A stretch of DNA of 64,000 nt from Candidatus Omnitrophota bacterium (GCA_042572045.1 JBHPFI010000001.1:47818-111817); one strand, 5' to 3'. Positions 1 to 10,179 are shown, counted from the stretch's first letter. The notes: a model not told the origin generated them from the sequence alone. Translations and numbers: made by a program.

Positions 1-603
1 ACCTATGTATTGCCAGAAGATATTTCCTGTGAAGAGGCCACCATGATCGAGCCTCTGGCTTGCGCCGTAAGGGGGCAAAGGGTAATCGATGTCAATAAAG
101 ATCAGATTATCTTGGTCCTGGGAAGCGGTGTCTCCGGACTGTTAAATATCCGATTGGCTAAGCTAAAAGGCGCAAAGGTGATCGCGACTGATATAAATAA
201 ATATAGAATGAGCAAGGCAAAGGAATTTGGGGCAGACGAAGTGCTGAACGCGAGTCAGGGCATTGATATTAAGGTAGACAAAGTGATAATCTGTACAGGC
301 GCTTTACAGGCTGTTGAACAGGCATTCAAGTGCATAGATAAGAAGGGCGTAATATTGTTCTTCGCAATACCAGATAAAAATATTGAGATCCCAACCGTAG
401 ATTTCTGGAGAAATGAAACAACCGTTACATCATCTTATGGCGCAGGACCTGTGGATTTAGAGCAGGCCTTAACGTTGATTAAGAATAAAAAGATAAACAT
501 CAAAGACATAATAACGCACAAGTTGCCGCTGAAAGAGATCCAAAAAGGTTTTCGTATTGCCTTAGACGCAAAGGAATCTCTCAAGGTCGTGTTGGCACCT
601 TAG
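1..603 (+). CDS. Zn-dependent alcohol/sugar-alcohol dehydrogenase (MDR family), 5' truncated by window edge
   Basis: IEPLAC motif, GSGVSG Rossmann motif, ITHKLPL...KVVL C-terminus typical of Tdh/sorbitol DH-like enzymes; frame open from position 1. Confidence 0.85.
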   Translation, partial: TYVLPEDISCEEATMIEPLACAVRGQRVIDVNKDQIILVLGSGVSGLLNIRLAKLKGAKVIATDINKYRMSKAKEFGADEVLNASQGIDIKVDKVIICTGALQAVEQAFKCIDKKGVILFFAIPDKNIEIPTVDFWRNETTVTSSYGAGPVDLEQALTLIKNKKINIKDIITHKLPLKEIQKGFRIALDAKESLKVVLAP

Positions 604-626
604 CAAATTAAACAAAGGGGGTAGAT

Positions 627-863
627 ATGCCGTATGACAGCAGTCTGGATGAATCTTTGTTTTCAAAGTCGTGGGAGAGCGAGGCAGGGCGATTAACCGT
701 AAGCGTGTATTCTTATAACAAAGGAGCCAAGAAGCTGCAGATCACCAGAGAAAACAGAAACCCTGAGGGAGAGCTCAGGTTTACCAAGCTGGGTAGAATG
801 ACCAAAGAGGAGATACAGTCTCTTCTTCCATTGATTCAGGAAGCGTCGAATTGCATGGATTAG
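627..863 (+). CDS. Small hypothetical protein (beta-strands plus C-terminal helix, possibly PC4-like)
   Basis: 78-aa ORF with GGGGG SD; fold guess is inference only. Confidence 0.7.
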   Translation: MPYDSSLDESLFSKSWESEAGRLTVSVYSYNKGAKKLQITRENRNPEGELRFTKLGRMTKEEIQSLLPLIQEASNCMD

Positions 864-926
864 CCTTTATGTAAGACTGTAGTTCCGTTTATATAGACAC
901 TAAAGAGATCTATTGAGGGAGGGAGC

Positions 927-1877
927 ATGTTCAGGGAAAAGATCAAGGTGTTGGACTGCACTATTCGTGACGGCGGACTAATAAATAATCATAATTTTGA
1001 TCATAGATTCGTTCGCGAAGTATACAAGGCGATTTCAAAATCAGGCGTAGACTACATGGAGATGGGATACAAGAATTCCAGAAAACTGTTTTCTTCTAAA
1101 GAATACGGGTCATGGAAATTCTGCGATGATGATGATATACGGCGTATAATTGACGGGATAGAGTCAAAGACAAAAATCTCTGTCATGGTTGATGTGGGGC
1201 GCGTTGACCTGGATGATGTAAAACCAGTAAACGAGAGCCCTGTGGACATGATAAGAACCGCCTCATACGTAAAGGATATTGATAAGGCGATATTTATGAC
1301 AAATCACTTTGCTGAAAAAGGCTATGAGACAACCATTAATATCATGGCTATTTCCCGGGACCAGGGACCTGAGCTTGACGAAGCCCTTTATCAGATTGAA
1401 AAAGAGAGCAAGGTCGATGAAGTCTATATCGTGGATAGCTTTGGCTCGCTATACCAGGAAAGCGTTGAGCATCTGATTAAACTGGCCAAGAAGATCCTTA
1501 AGACAAAAGAGGTGGGATTTCACGGCCACAATCATCAGCAGCTCGCATTCGGCAACACCATAGAGGCCATTATTCACGACACAAATTATGTCGACGGCAC
1601 AGTATATGGGATAGGTCGCGCTGCCGGGAATTGCCCCTTGGAGTTATTGATCGGATTTTTAAAGAATCCTAAATTTGACATCCGGCCGGTCCTGGATTTA
1701 ATATCCAAGGAATTTATACCTTTAAGAAACAAGATAGAGTGGGGTTATATTATTCCTTATGCCATAGCAGGTATGATGAACGAGCACCCCAAGGCAGCCA
1801 TGGCCTTGCGTAACAGCAACAAGAAAGAAAATTACAGGGAATTTTACGAGAGCCTTATAAATACAGGATTGGATTAA
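927..1877 (+). CDS. DRE-TIM metallolyase/HMGL-like aldolase (4-hydroxy-2-oxovalerate aldolase-like)
   Basis: LDCTIRDGG, VDSFG, FHGHN, GIGRAAGN motifs. Confidence 0.85.
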   Translation: MFREKIKVLDCTIRDGGLINNHNFDHRFVREVYKAISKSGVDYMEMGYKNSRKLFSSKEYGSWKFCDDDDIRRIIDGIESKTKISVMVDVGRVDLDDVKPVNESPVDMIRTASYVKDIDKAIFMTNHFAEKGYETTINIMAISRDQGPELDEALYQIEKESKVDEVYIVDSFGSLYQESVEHLIKLAKKILKTKEVGFHGHNHQQLAFGNTIEAIIHDTNYVDGTVYGIGRAAGNCPLELLIGFLKNPKFDIRPVLDLISKEFIPLRNKIEWGYIIPYAIAGMMNEHPKAAMALRNSNKKENYREFYESLINTGLD

Positions 1878-1885
1878 GAATCACA

Positions 1886-2509
1886 ATGGACGTAAATCAG
1901 CTCAAACAGCTTCCTCTTATGGGCATAGTGCGGGGGATAGAGCTAGATGTAGTTGAACCGCTTGTCGAAACTGTGATCTCTTCCGGCTTGAAGACCATAG
2001 AGGTCACCATGAACACCCCTAAGGCATCGGAGTTGATTCAACGGATGCTGAAGGTGGCGCAAGGCCGTCTCATAATAGGCGCTGGTACTGTGCTGACAGC
2101 CGATGATTTACAGTCGGCCCTAGATAGCGGCGCGACTTTCATTGTCCTGCCAACATTGGTGCGAGACGTTGTAGAGCGTTGCGTAAAGAATAATATCCCT
2201 GTGTTTCCGGGAGCATTAACCCCCCAGGAAATACACGATGCCTGGCGCGCAGGCGCCACCATGGTGAAGGTATTTCCGGCCAAGTTTTTTGGCCCTAGTT
2301 ATTTTAAGGAAATAAAAGCCCCTTTTCAAAAAATAGAACTCCTTGCCTGCGGTGGAGTTACACCTGGCAATATCCAATCATTTTTCTCTTGCGGCGCATC
2401 TGCGGTCGCCTTTGGCGCAAGCGTGTTTAAAAAAGAGTGGCTTGCAGCAAAAGACTTTTTGCGCATCAGGCAAAGCATAAAAGAGCTTATCGCAGCGATA
2501 GGCCAATGA
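1886..2509 (+). CDS. eda: KDPG/KHG aldolase
   Basis: IEVTMNTP, GAGTV, PGALTPQE, VKVFPA, GGV motifs. Confidence 0.9.
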   Translation: MDVNQLKQLPLMGIVRGIELDVVEPLVETVISSGLKTIEVTMNTPKASELIQRMLKVAQGRLIIGAGTVLTADDLQSALDSGATFIVLPTLVRDVVERCVKNNIPVFPGALTPQEIHDAWRAGATMVKVFPAKFFGPSYFKEIKAPFQKIELLACGGVTPGNIQSFFSCGASAVAFGASVFKKEWLAAKDFLRIRQSIKELIAAIGQ

Positions 2510-2562
2510 ATAATATAGAAATAAAGATAGCCGATTATAGCTTAATACGGAAGATATAAGAA

Positions 2563-2874
2563 ATGGACGAAGCAATATATAAAGAAAATCTCTATAGAAA
2601 ATGGCTGGGAGACGAACGCATATGCAAGAGATGCGGGGCCTGCTGCGGGATAAAGGACAACGATCCTTGTGAGCATTTAAAGAAAGACCCTGACGGGTTA
2701 TATCTGTGCGATATATACGAAAATCGTTTTGGCCTGACAAAAACACTTAGCGGAGAGCCGATATTGTGCGTGCCTATACGCAATATGCTCCACAAGACTT
2801 GGTGGGGACGCAGCCAGTGCGCTTATGTTAAGGCGATCAAGACGCAGGGCATCACCCCTCCCGCGCTAACTTGA
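2563..2874 (+). CDS. YkgJ-like cysteine-cluster (CxxCxxCC) protein
   Basis: CKRCGACC...CEHL...CDIYENR...C...C; stop codon lies within the MITE-like repeat. Confidence 0.7.
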   Translation: MDEAIYKENLYRKWLGDERICKRCGACCGIKDNDPCEHLKKDPDGLYLCDIYENRFGLTKTLSGEPILCVPIRNMLHKTWWGRSQCAYVKAIKTQGITPPALT

Positions 2875-2962
2875 TAAACCCTCAATGACAAAAGTTGTCC
2901 GTCGCAGGCAGATAATCCGCCTCTGGCGGATGGATCAATTTCATGTGTCAAGTTAGCGCGGG
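2860..2962. repeat. ~100-bp MITE/REP-like element, copy 1
   Basis: 15-bp terminal inverted repeats CCCGCGCTAACTTGA/TCAAGTTAGCGCGGG, internal ATCCGCC-TCT-GGCGGAT hairpin; inverted copy at 3867. Confidence 0.85.
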
Positions 2963-2993
2963 TGTTCTGCTAGGGGAGAGGCAGAAACAACCC

Positions 2994-3410
2994 ATGAAAA
3001 AGATTATTTTCCCGATATTCTTGATCCTCGCCTTGTTTTTATTTCTTTTTTTTAAGAGCAAGGCCTTTTTAGTCTATAAGGTGATAGAGGCAAGAAAGGG
3101 CGTTAGGCATACGTCTATAAGGTACGTGTTGGATTGGGATGTTTTTTTAAATTATGTAAGAGATATTCCCAGAGATATCTTTAAAAAACCCATTTTTAAT
3201 AAAACCGATTCCCCTTATAATCTGGGGTTGAGCGGAAAAGAGATAGAGGGCGTAAAGAAGGTTTTAATGGACATGAAGGCCGCCACAGCAGCGTCCGATG
3301 AAACAGATATAGACGTAAATAAATTAAATCTTCAGGAGAAAATCAGGCATTTTCTGGAGAATTATAAGGGGCCATCTGGTCCTCTTAGTGAAAACTATAA
3401 GGAAGAGTAA
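2994..3410 (+). CDS. Hypothetical protein with N-terminal signal/TM segment
   Basis: ATG 2994 (MKKIIFPIFLILALF) preferred to 2943, which lies inside the repeat. Confidence 0.65.
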   Translation: MKKIIFPIFLILALFLFLFFKSKAFLVYKVIEARKGVRHTSIRYVLDWDVFLNYVRDIPRDIFKKPIFNKTDSPYNLGLSGKEIEGVKKVLMDMKAATAASDETDIDVNKLNLQEKIRHFLENYKGPSGPLSENYKEE

Positions 3411-3851
3411 ATGAAGCAGAGAAACGAGCTGATTTTATTATTGGCAATGAGCCTATTCTTTTATAGTCCTCTTTCGGCTGAGGCCGGCATAGGACAGAAG
3501 GTAACCGGCACAATGATTAAGGGTGTGGTCAAAATAGCTGTAGCGACAACAAATATTAAAAGGGCGAAGAAAAAGATTGTCAATAAATTGGACGGAATAA
3601 GCGAGGAAGATTTTAGAGAGAGATACTCTGGGTTTTATGAGTTAATAAAGGACTTGCCTCCGGACCTGAAGAGCGCTTATAAAATTACACCGCATATGAG
3701 CAAAGAACAGATGGTCAGGAATGTAGAATCAGTGGATAAGAAAAAGATATACAGAATAATAGGCCGGATTCCGGACAAGACCATTGCAATGCTTTTCAAA
3801 GAATACCTTAGAGGCGCAGGGTTTAAAGAGACAAAGTCTGAGAAGGATTGA
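3411..3851 (+). CDS. Hypothetical exported protein
   Basis: Signal peptide (LILLLAMSLFFYSPLSAEA); abuts upstream stop. Confidence 0.7.
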   Translation: MKQRNELILLLAMSLFFYSPLSAEAGIGQKVTGTMIKGVVKIAVATTNIKRAKKKIVNKLDGISEEDFRERYSGFYELIKDLPPDLKSAYKITPHMSKEQMVRNVESVDKKKIYRIIGRIPDKTIAMLFKEYLRGAGFKETKSEKD

Positions 3852-3866
3852 TTTGGCCTTATACCT

Positions 3867-3964
3867 CGCGCTAACTTGACACATGAAATTGATCCATCCG
3901 CCACGGCGGATTATTCGCCTGCTGCGCATAACTTTAGTCGTTGACTGATTTGTCAAGTTAGGGG
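3867..3964. repeat. ~100-bp MITE/REP-like element, copy 2 (inverted relative to copy 1)
   Basis: CGCGCTAACTTGACACATGAAATTGATCCATCCGCC is the exact reverse complement of the right part of copy 1; ends TGTCAAGTTAG. Confidence 0.85.
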
Positions 3965-3976
3965 ATAATAGATGTA

Positions 3977-4486
3977 ATGAAAAGCGCAAAAATAATAATC
4001 ACATTATTAATAGTTGTTGTATTGGCTTCAATTGCCGCTGGTTATGCCGCAGGGTTTTTTGTTTACAGGCAATATAAAGAGAAGGCAGTATATTTTGATA
4101 AACAGGTACAGCTTACCATGGATAAGTTTGGAGGCATAGAAAGTAATCTAGACGAGCTTTATTCTGCCCTGGATAAAGGCAAGATGGAGAGAGAAAATGC
4201 CTTATCTAAGATAGAGAAGATAAAAGAAGATCTTCAGGGATGGAAAAAAGGGTACGGCGCCACTTTATCAGGGCTTAGAAACGCGATAGATGACTTAAAG
4301 GTCGATAGGCTCAGGATGGCAGTCGAGGGGCTAAAGGGAGACATCAATGATTTTAAAATGACTATGCAAGATTTTGATTTGAAACTCGACGAATACAGAG
4401 GAAAGACGGTGAACCTAAGGGCCGACGGAGAGAATGTTAAAAGTGTAGATCTCGGTAAGATTTCTGTGCGCAAAAGGGGAAAGTGA
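3977..4486 (+). CDS. Membrane-anchored coiled-coil hypothetical protein
   Basis: N-terminal TM helix, heptad-like body, C-terminal VDLGKISV. Confidence 0.7.
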   Translation: MKSAKIIITLLIVVVLASIAAGYAAGFFVYRQYKEKAVYFDKQVQLTMDKFGGIESNLDELYSALDKGKMERENALSKIEKIKEDLQGWKKGYGATLSGLRNAIDDLKVDRLRMAVEGLKGDINDFKMTMQDFDLKLDEYRGKTVNLRADGENVKSVDLGKISVRKRGK

Positions 4487-4598
4487 AAATAAACCCCTCC
4501 CCCTCCAGTTCGCGCGTAAACATATAGAGACGCGTTGGAGTATCTGGTGCCGAGTCGGATGAGAACATTAAACGAATTGAGATAGGCTTCTAAAAAAC

Positions 4599-4637
4599 AA
4601 GACCTTCACCTTGTAGTTCTGGTGAGGGTTTTTATTT
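4599..4637 (+). terminator. Intrinsic terminator
   Basis: AAGACCTTCACC-loop-GGTGAGGGTTTT followed by T-rich tract. Confidence 0.7.
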
Positions 4638-4705
4638 GAATGTAATCAGGCCTAAGCTAATTAGGAAAAGATGGTGGATTAGCTAAAATAGTAGAGGAGG
4701 GGTGT

Positions 4706-5071
4706 ATGCTTGCGGTGGTTAAGTTTATAGGTATATTTATGACAAGCATGGGCATTGTCTACGCATTAAGTCCAGAGACAACGAAGCGGTTTATAGCATT
4801 TTGGAAGCAAGGGAAAAGGCTCTATATCGGAGCCATTTTAAACATTTTATTCGGCGTTATCTTTTTGTTAGCTGCTTCAAGGTGCAGGGTGGTAGGGGTC
4901 GTGCTTACCATGGGGGTTTTATCTCTTGCAAAAGGCGTTGTTATCTTAATGTTTGGATTAGAAAAGATGAAAACCAGGCTTAACTGGTGGGACAAGAGAT
5001 CCTCTTTGGTTCTGCGCCTCGTAGGCCTTCTGACTATAACTATCGGAACCTTGCTTATTTATTCTGCATAA
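4706..5071 (+). CDS. Small 4-TM membrane protein (DUF2065-like)
   Basis: GAGGAGG SD; hydrophobic helices; LRLVGLL C-terminal pattern. Confidence 0.7.
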   Translation: MLAVVKFIGIFMTSMGIVYALSPETTKRFIAFWKQGKRLYIGAILNILFGVIFLLAASRCRVVGVVLTMGVLSLAKGVVILMFGLEKMKTRLNWWDKRSSLVLRLVGLLTITIGTLLIYSA

Positions 5072-5123
5072 GTACAAAAAACAGCAACGGCGTATATCCT
5101 CACAGGCTCCCCCTGCGATACCT

Positions 5124-5897
5124 ATGAAGCATATAGACATTGCCATAAAGGCAGCAAAAGAAGCTGGGAAAATCCACAGAAAATATTTTGGTAAAAAAAG
5201 AGGCGCAGTGACAAAATCCTCATCCTACGACCTCGTGACTAATACAGATATCGAGGCAGAGAGAAAAATTGTATCCTTAATAAAAAGACATTTTCCTGAG
5301 CATAATTTTCTGGCTGAAGAACAAAAATACAGCAAAAAGGATTCTGAGTTTACATGGGTTATAGACCCCTTGGACGGCACAAATAACTTTTTCTGCGGCA
5401 TCCCTGTATTCTGCGTATCAATCGCCCTGATAAAAAGGCAAGAAATAATAGCAGGGGTTGTGTATGATGCGGTAAGGAGAGAGATCTTTCAGGCAGAAAA
5501 GGGAAAAGGCGCTTTTTTAAACAAAAAACCCATAAAGGTAAACTCTGTGGGAGGTTTTAAAAGAGCACTCCTTATAACCGGATTTTATTACGACCGGGGA
5601 GATGTAATGGTTGATGCGCTTGATAAGATAAAGAAATTTTTATTTAGACACATTTTGGGGATTCGAAGATTCGGAGCGGCAGCGCTTGATTTATGCTATA
5701 TTGCTTCTGGTCGCGCAGCAGGCTTCTGGGAATTCGAGCTAAGCCCGTGGGATTTTGCTGCGGGCAAGCTGATCATCGAAGAGGCTGGAGGGAAAGTAAC
5801 AGATAAAAACGGCAAAAAAGTTAACCCCTTCAATAAAGCCTACATTGTCGCCTCCAATGGAGCGATCCACAAAAAGATGCTGGATATATTGAAATGA
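5124..5897 (+). CDS. suhB: Inositol monophosphatase family protein
   Basis: DLVTNTD, WVIDPLDGTNNF, GAAALDL, WDFAAG. Confidence 0.92.
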   Translation: MKHIDIAIKAAKEAGKIHRKYFGKKRGAVTKSSSYDLVTNTDIEAERKIVSLIKRHFPEHNFLAEEQKYSKKDSEFTWVIDPLDGTNNFFCGIPVFCVSIALIKRQEIIAGVVYDAVRREIFQAEKGKGAFLNKKPIKVNSVGGFKRALLITGFYYDRGDVMVDALDKIKKFLFRHILGIRRFGAAALDLCYIASGRAAGFWEFELSPWDFAAGKLIIEEAGGKVTDKNGKKVNPFNKAYIVASNGAIHKKMLDILK

Positions 5898-5950
5898 AAA
5901 ACCTTGCTTCTAAACAACCAGCCTCTGGCAAGAGAACAGGAGATCTTAAG

Positions 5951-6439
5951 ATGCTGATACCTACAATAATCATGGGGCTCATGGCAGGGATTATGCTTTT
6001 AATAGGTTACCACAAAGGACAGCATATAACCGGTATTAAAGAGGCTATAAGCATGACCGCGCAGATACTGCCTTTACTTATTTTTGCGCTTATAGTAGCC
6101 GGCATGGTACGCGTGCTTGTGTCGTACGAGATAATATCCAAATGGATAGGGGAAGAGTCCGGCATAAGAGGGATATTAATCGGCACAGTGGCAGGCGCTT
6201 TTACCCCAGGCGGGCCTTATGTAAGCATGCCTATTGCCGCAGGGCTATTAAGGTCTGGGGCAGGCATGGGAACAATGGTGGCGTATATAACAGGCTGGTC
6301 ATTGTGGGCAGTGTGCAGGTTGCCCATGGAAGTAGGCATGCTTGGTTGGAGATTCACTTTTATTCGGCTTATAAGCGTATTGGTTTTACCTCCTATAGCA
6401 GGGATTTTGGCGCAGTTTTTTAATAGACTGATGCGGTAG
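5951..6439 (+). CDS. Predicted permease (DUF318/ArsP-like)
   Basis: Multi-TM with GAFTPGGPYVSMP motif; start 5951 after GGAG (5894 is an alternative). Confidence 0.75.
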   Translation: MLIPTIIMGLMAGIMLLIGYHKGQHITGIKEAISMTAQILPLLIFALIVAGMVRVLVSYEIISKWIGEESGIRGILIGTVAGAFTPGGPYVSMPIAAGLLRSGAGMGTMVAYITGWSLWAVCRLPMEVGMLGWRFTFIRLISVLVLPPIAGILAQFFNRLMR

Positions 6440-6454
6440 AGGGCGCATAGTAGA

Positions 6455-8029
6455 ATGAAAATATCCAAAGACTATTTTGGTTATCTGGCGAAAAATTATC
6501 CTGTAATGTGCCTTAGCGATGAATTTTACTTTTTCCCCAGGGCTAAAGAGGCTGCCAGATTTTTGAATCATTTAGATAGCTTGGATGAAGAAAAGATAAA
6601 ACAAGATGTCGCATACGTAAAAAAACTTAAAAGTTCATTAGAAAAGCTTGATTCCGAGGATATGGGCCTTGAGGCCCAGATAGACCTGAGGCTTTTAAGT
6701 CAGAGTATGGATACTTTTTTAAGAGAGTTTGGCCAGATTAAAATCTGGCAAGTGGACCCCAGTCTTTATTTAAAAATAGCCCTATTGGGAATAGATCAGC
6801 TCCTAAAGAAGTCCTTTTCGCTTAGGGCTGATATTGATGATTGCCTTCGAGACAGGATTTCCCAAACCCCGCGCTTGCTAAATGAGGCAAAGAACAATCT
6901 AAAAAAGATTCCGCGCGCATATCTAGACGTTTCCATAGAGGTGGTCGAAGCATCTATCAATTATTTTAAGGCCACAGCGTTCTCCCCTAAAGTACATAGC
7001 TTAGTTAAAATGACACTGAAATCCCTGGAGGATTTTAAAAGATTCCTAAAAAAAAGGCCTTCAAGCGCGGTTTTTATGCGAGACAGAAGGATTATTGAAA
7101 GCATATTGAAGGATTCTTTTTCATACAATAGAACGCTTGAGGAAATATTTGAAATCGCCTCTCTGGAATATGCCAGGACCTTAAAGGAGCTCGAGAGAAT
7201 CGCCAAAAAGGTCGACTCGAAAAAGAGCTGGCAGGAGATCTTGTCCAGTTATAAAATGGACATAAAGAAACCAGACGAATTTTTAAGGCTTTATTCGTGC
7301 GAGATAAGAAGATTGAAGGATTTTTTTACTAAAAATGATGTGTTTAATATCAAAAAGACACAGGATATAAAGGTCAGGTTTACGCCTCAATTTATGGAAC
7401 CGATCCGCGCCTCTGCCTCTTACAATTCTCCAGTAACAAATGATATGAAAGAGCCGGCGTATTTTTACATATCAGGCGATGTCAGAGAAAATAGAGATTT
7501 GCATAATGAATATATCTTTGTAAGCGCCCATGAGACCTATCCTGGCCATCACTTGCTGGATTCAATAAGGAGAAAAATGACTAACCCCATAAGACAGCAG
7601 ATCGAATCGCCTTTATTTTATGAAGGTTGGGCTTCTTATGCAGAGAGCCTTATAAGCCATCTGGGATATATAAAGGATCCTTTACACAAGATGTTAGGCC
7701 TCAAGCGCCAGGCCTGGCGGACAGTCCGGGCAATGTTAGATGTTGGCATAAGGATCAATAGCTTGAAATTTGAAGACGCTGAAAATCTTCTTAAAGGTCT
7801 AGGCTATGCGCCGAAGATAGCAAGGTTCATGTTCAGGCACTACGCGCTTTCGCCCGGATATCAATTATGTTATACTATTGGTAAATTTGAGATTGACAAA
7901 TTGAAAGAGAAGTTTTCGTCGAGATTAGGACTGAGAGGATTTCACGACTTTCTTTTGCAGGGCGGCCAAATACCTTTTGACCTGATCGAGCAGAGAATGG
8001 AGAAAGAGTTATGCAAGGATCATTCTTAG
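6455..8029 (+). CDS. DUF885 family protein (putative Zn-metallopeptidase)
   Basis: HETYPGHH, EGWASYAE, PGYQLCYTIG motifs. Confidence 0.85.
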   Translation: MKISKDYFGYLAKNYPVMCLSDEFYFFPRAKEAARFLNHLDSLDEEKIKQDVAYVKKLKSSLEKLDSEDMGLEAQIDLRLLSQSMDTFLREFGQIKIWQVDPSLYLKIALLGIDQLLKKSFSLRADIDDCLRDRISQTPRLLNEAKNNLKKIPRAYLDVSIEVVEASINYFKATAFSPKVHSLVKMTLKSLEDFKRFLKKRPSSAVFMRDRRIIESILKDSFSYNRTLEEIFEIASLEYARTLKELERIAKKVDSKKSWQEILSSYKMDIKKPDEFLRLYSCEIRRLKDFFTKNDVFNIKKTQDIKVRFTPQFMEPIRASASYNSPVTNDMKEPAYFYISGDVRENRDLHNEYIFVSAHETYPGHHLLDSIRRKMTNPIRQQIESPLFYEGWASYAESLISHLGYIKDPLHKMLGLKRQAWRTVRAMLDVGIRINSLKFEDAENLLKGLGYAPKIARFMFRHYALSPGYQLCYTIGKFEIDKLKEKFSSRLGLRGFHDFLLQGGQIPFDLIEQRMEKELCKDHS

Positions 8030-9393
8030 GATATCACTCCGAGTGGAACATGGGTAGCCCCGGCGGATGGGATTATCAAAAAATGGCTCAGGAAATAGGA
8101 AGCTTAGCGTGGGATGCAATAAAAAAGGCTAGCAAGATAGACGTGGAGTTGGATTTTGACGAGCCTATCCTGAACCCCGTCCCTAATTTCGCCGACCTTC
8201 TTTTAAGAGCGCACGAGAGGAATTTTCCTGGAGAGGAGCCATTTATAGCGTTAATTGCCGAAGAAGATACCCTTGATAAAGTAGGCGAAAACATCAGGAT
8301 TGTCAAATACCTGAACAGTGTTTTAGATGTCAAGGCGGCCTTGATAGATCCCGCCAGACTTGAATTAAAAAATGGAAACATCTACGCGCAGGACAAAAAG
8401 GTCACGGCCATTTTTTTGGATTTCAACAATAATGTGATTTTAAAAACAAAGAAAACCCATAATCTCGACGCGCTTTTAAGCGCCATAAAACAAGGTCTCG
8501 TCACAAATCCCAGGGGCATGGAACCTATAGGCGCAAAAGGGGTCTTTGAAGCTGTGACTTCAGGGTACAAGGATAGATTGTCAGATACTACCGTAAAAAG
8601 AACCCCGTGGACCAGACAATTTTATCCGCGCGCTACTATAGGGCCTAACGGAGAGAACGTACCGGATTTAATAAAATGGGTCGAGAGAAACTGGAATAAT
8701 ATTATATTAAAACCGATCCATGGCTATTCCGGAAAGGGTATTATAATCGGCCATAAAGACCCTGACAGGGAAGGCGGTATAAAAAAGGCCCTGGATTCGG
8801 GTGACTATATTGTGCAGCCGCTTATACCGTTAGATATATGGACCGAAGAGTTTCCATGGATCAACAAGGAGAAGAAGAGTCTATTCATAAAAAAATGGCA
8901 GACTGATTTTCGTTGCTTTGTAACCGATGCGGGTCTTATTGGTTTTGTGACCAGGTTTGGCGGTATACCGACCAATGTAGGTTCGGGAGGAGGGGTCCAG
9001 AGCACCGCGATTTTACGTTCCGATATCTCGGTCAAGGACGCAATTAAAACAGTCAATAACGCGATCCTGAGCCTGGGCTTTGATTTTATTTGGGGGCTGC
9101 AACAAGACCTTGATAAAAAATCCATAGAGATGGGCAATGTCTATTTATTGGGCCCTCTCATGAACACTTTAAGGCCAAGGATTATTACTGAGGCGCATGT
9201 CGAGCAATTAAAAGAGTATGCTCAGAATCTGTGGCAGGATGCATTAGTGTTAGAGAGTTTGTGGTTAGAAGGACATCTTACCAAGTTTGTTCAGATAAGC
9301 TCGGAAGAAGAAGAGATCGCTCAGCTGGCGCCATGGCAGGGCAGGCCTGCTTTGATTGCCGCTGATGGCCTTTTTGGCTTTCAAGGTGCTTAA
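8011..9393 (+). CDS. Permuted ATP-grasp-like ligase (CP-ATP-grasp/GSP synthase-related)
   Basis: EWNMGSPGG, PWT, ILKPIHGYSGKGIIIG, YIVQP, DFR, TNVGSGG. Confidence 0.65.
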   Translation: MQGSFLGYHSEWNMGSPGGWDYQKMAQEIGSLAWDAIKKASKIDVELDFDEPILNPVPNFADLLLRAHERNFPGEEPFIALIAEEDTLDKVGENIRIVKYLNSVLDVKAALIDPARLELKNGNIYAQDKKVTAIFLDFNNNVILKTKKTHNLDALLSAIKQGLVTNPRGMEPIGAKGVFEAVTSGYKDRLSDTTVKRTPWTRQFYPRATIGPNGENVPDLIKWVERNWNNIILKPIHGYSGKGIIIGHKDPDREGGIKKALDSGDYIVQPLIPLDIWTEEFPWINKEKKSLFIKKWQTDFRCFVTDAGLIGFVTRFGGIPTNVGSGGGVQSTAILRSDISVKDAIKTVNNAILSLGFDFIWGLQQDLDKKSIEMGNVYLLGPLMNTLRPRIITEAHVEQLKEYAQNLWQDALVLESLWLEGHLTKFVQISSEEEEIAQLAPWQGRPALIAADGLFGFQGA

Positions 9394-9405
9394 GGGTAAA
9401 TAGAA

Positions 9406-10179
9406 ATGGGAACAAAAAAAGAGTGGTGGAAAGATTTTTTTAACGAGATTTATCTTATTACTGATGCCAGGAGTGTCTGTGACAAGCGCTTGACTCAGAG
9501 AGAGGTGGATCTTTTAGAAGACACTTTGGGTTTGAATAAGACTGACAGGATCCTTGACCTCTGTGGAGGGCACGGAAGGCATTCTTTAGAATTAGCAAGG
9601 AGGGGCTATCGCGACCTGACAGTCCTGGACCATTCAGATTATCTGATTAAATTAGGCAAAAGAATGGCAAGGAAATCAGGCCACAGAATAAAATTCAGAT
9701 GTTGCGATGCGCGGTTTAATGACCTCAGAAACGGCGATTACTCTGTTATATTTATAATGGCCAACTCCTTTGGTTACTTTTCTGAAGAAAGCCAGAATCT
9801 GCGCATTTTAAAAGAAACCCACAGATTGCTAAAAACAGGGGGCAGGCTGCTATTGGACCTTACAAATCCTAGCTATGTAAAGAACGATCTCAAGCCTTTT
9901 TCCTGGCACGAGGCCACTAAAGACGTGATCGTTTGCAGAAAAAGAGAGATATCCAGGGATATTATCAAGGCCAGAGAGATAGTTATATCAAAAAAGAAAG
10001 GTTTGGTAAGGGATGGCTATTATTGCGAACGGTTATACAGTAAAAGCAGGATATCGAACTTTTTGCGCGACGTAGGATTTAAGGCCCCTGCCGTAAAAAC
10101 AGATGTTGCGTTGCATGAAAAGAGAAAAGATTACGGTTTTCTGAGCTCGAGAATGATTGTAACGGCGGTAAAATCTTGA
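9406..10179 (+). CDS. Class I SAM-dependent methyltransferase
   Basis: ILDLCGGHGRHS, NSFGYF, LLKTGGRLLLD. Confidence 0.88.
   Translation: MGTKKEWWKDFFNEIYLITDARSVCDKRLTQREVDLLEDTLGLNKTDRILDLCGGHGRHSLELARRGYRDLTVLDHSDYLIKLGKRMARKSGHRIKFRCCDARFNDLRNGDYSVIFIMANSFGYFSEESQNLRILKETHRLLKTGGRLLLDLTNPSYVKNDLKPFSWHEATKDVIVCRKREISRDIIKAREIVISKKKGLVRDGYYCERLYSKSRISNFLRDVGFKAPAVKTDVALHEKRKDYGFLSSRMIVTAVKS

Noticed and set aside
2943-2993. Longer N-terminus for the ORF ending at 3410
   Set aside because: ATG 2943 lies inside the MITE-like repeat; 2994 gives a normal signal-like start.
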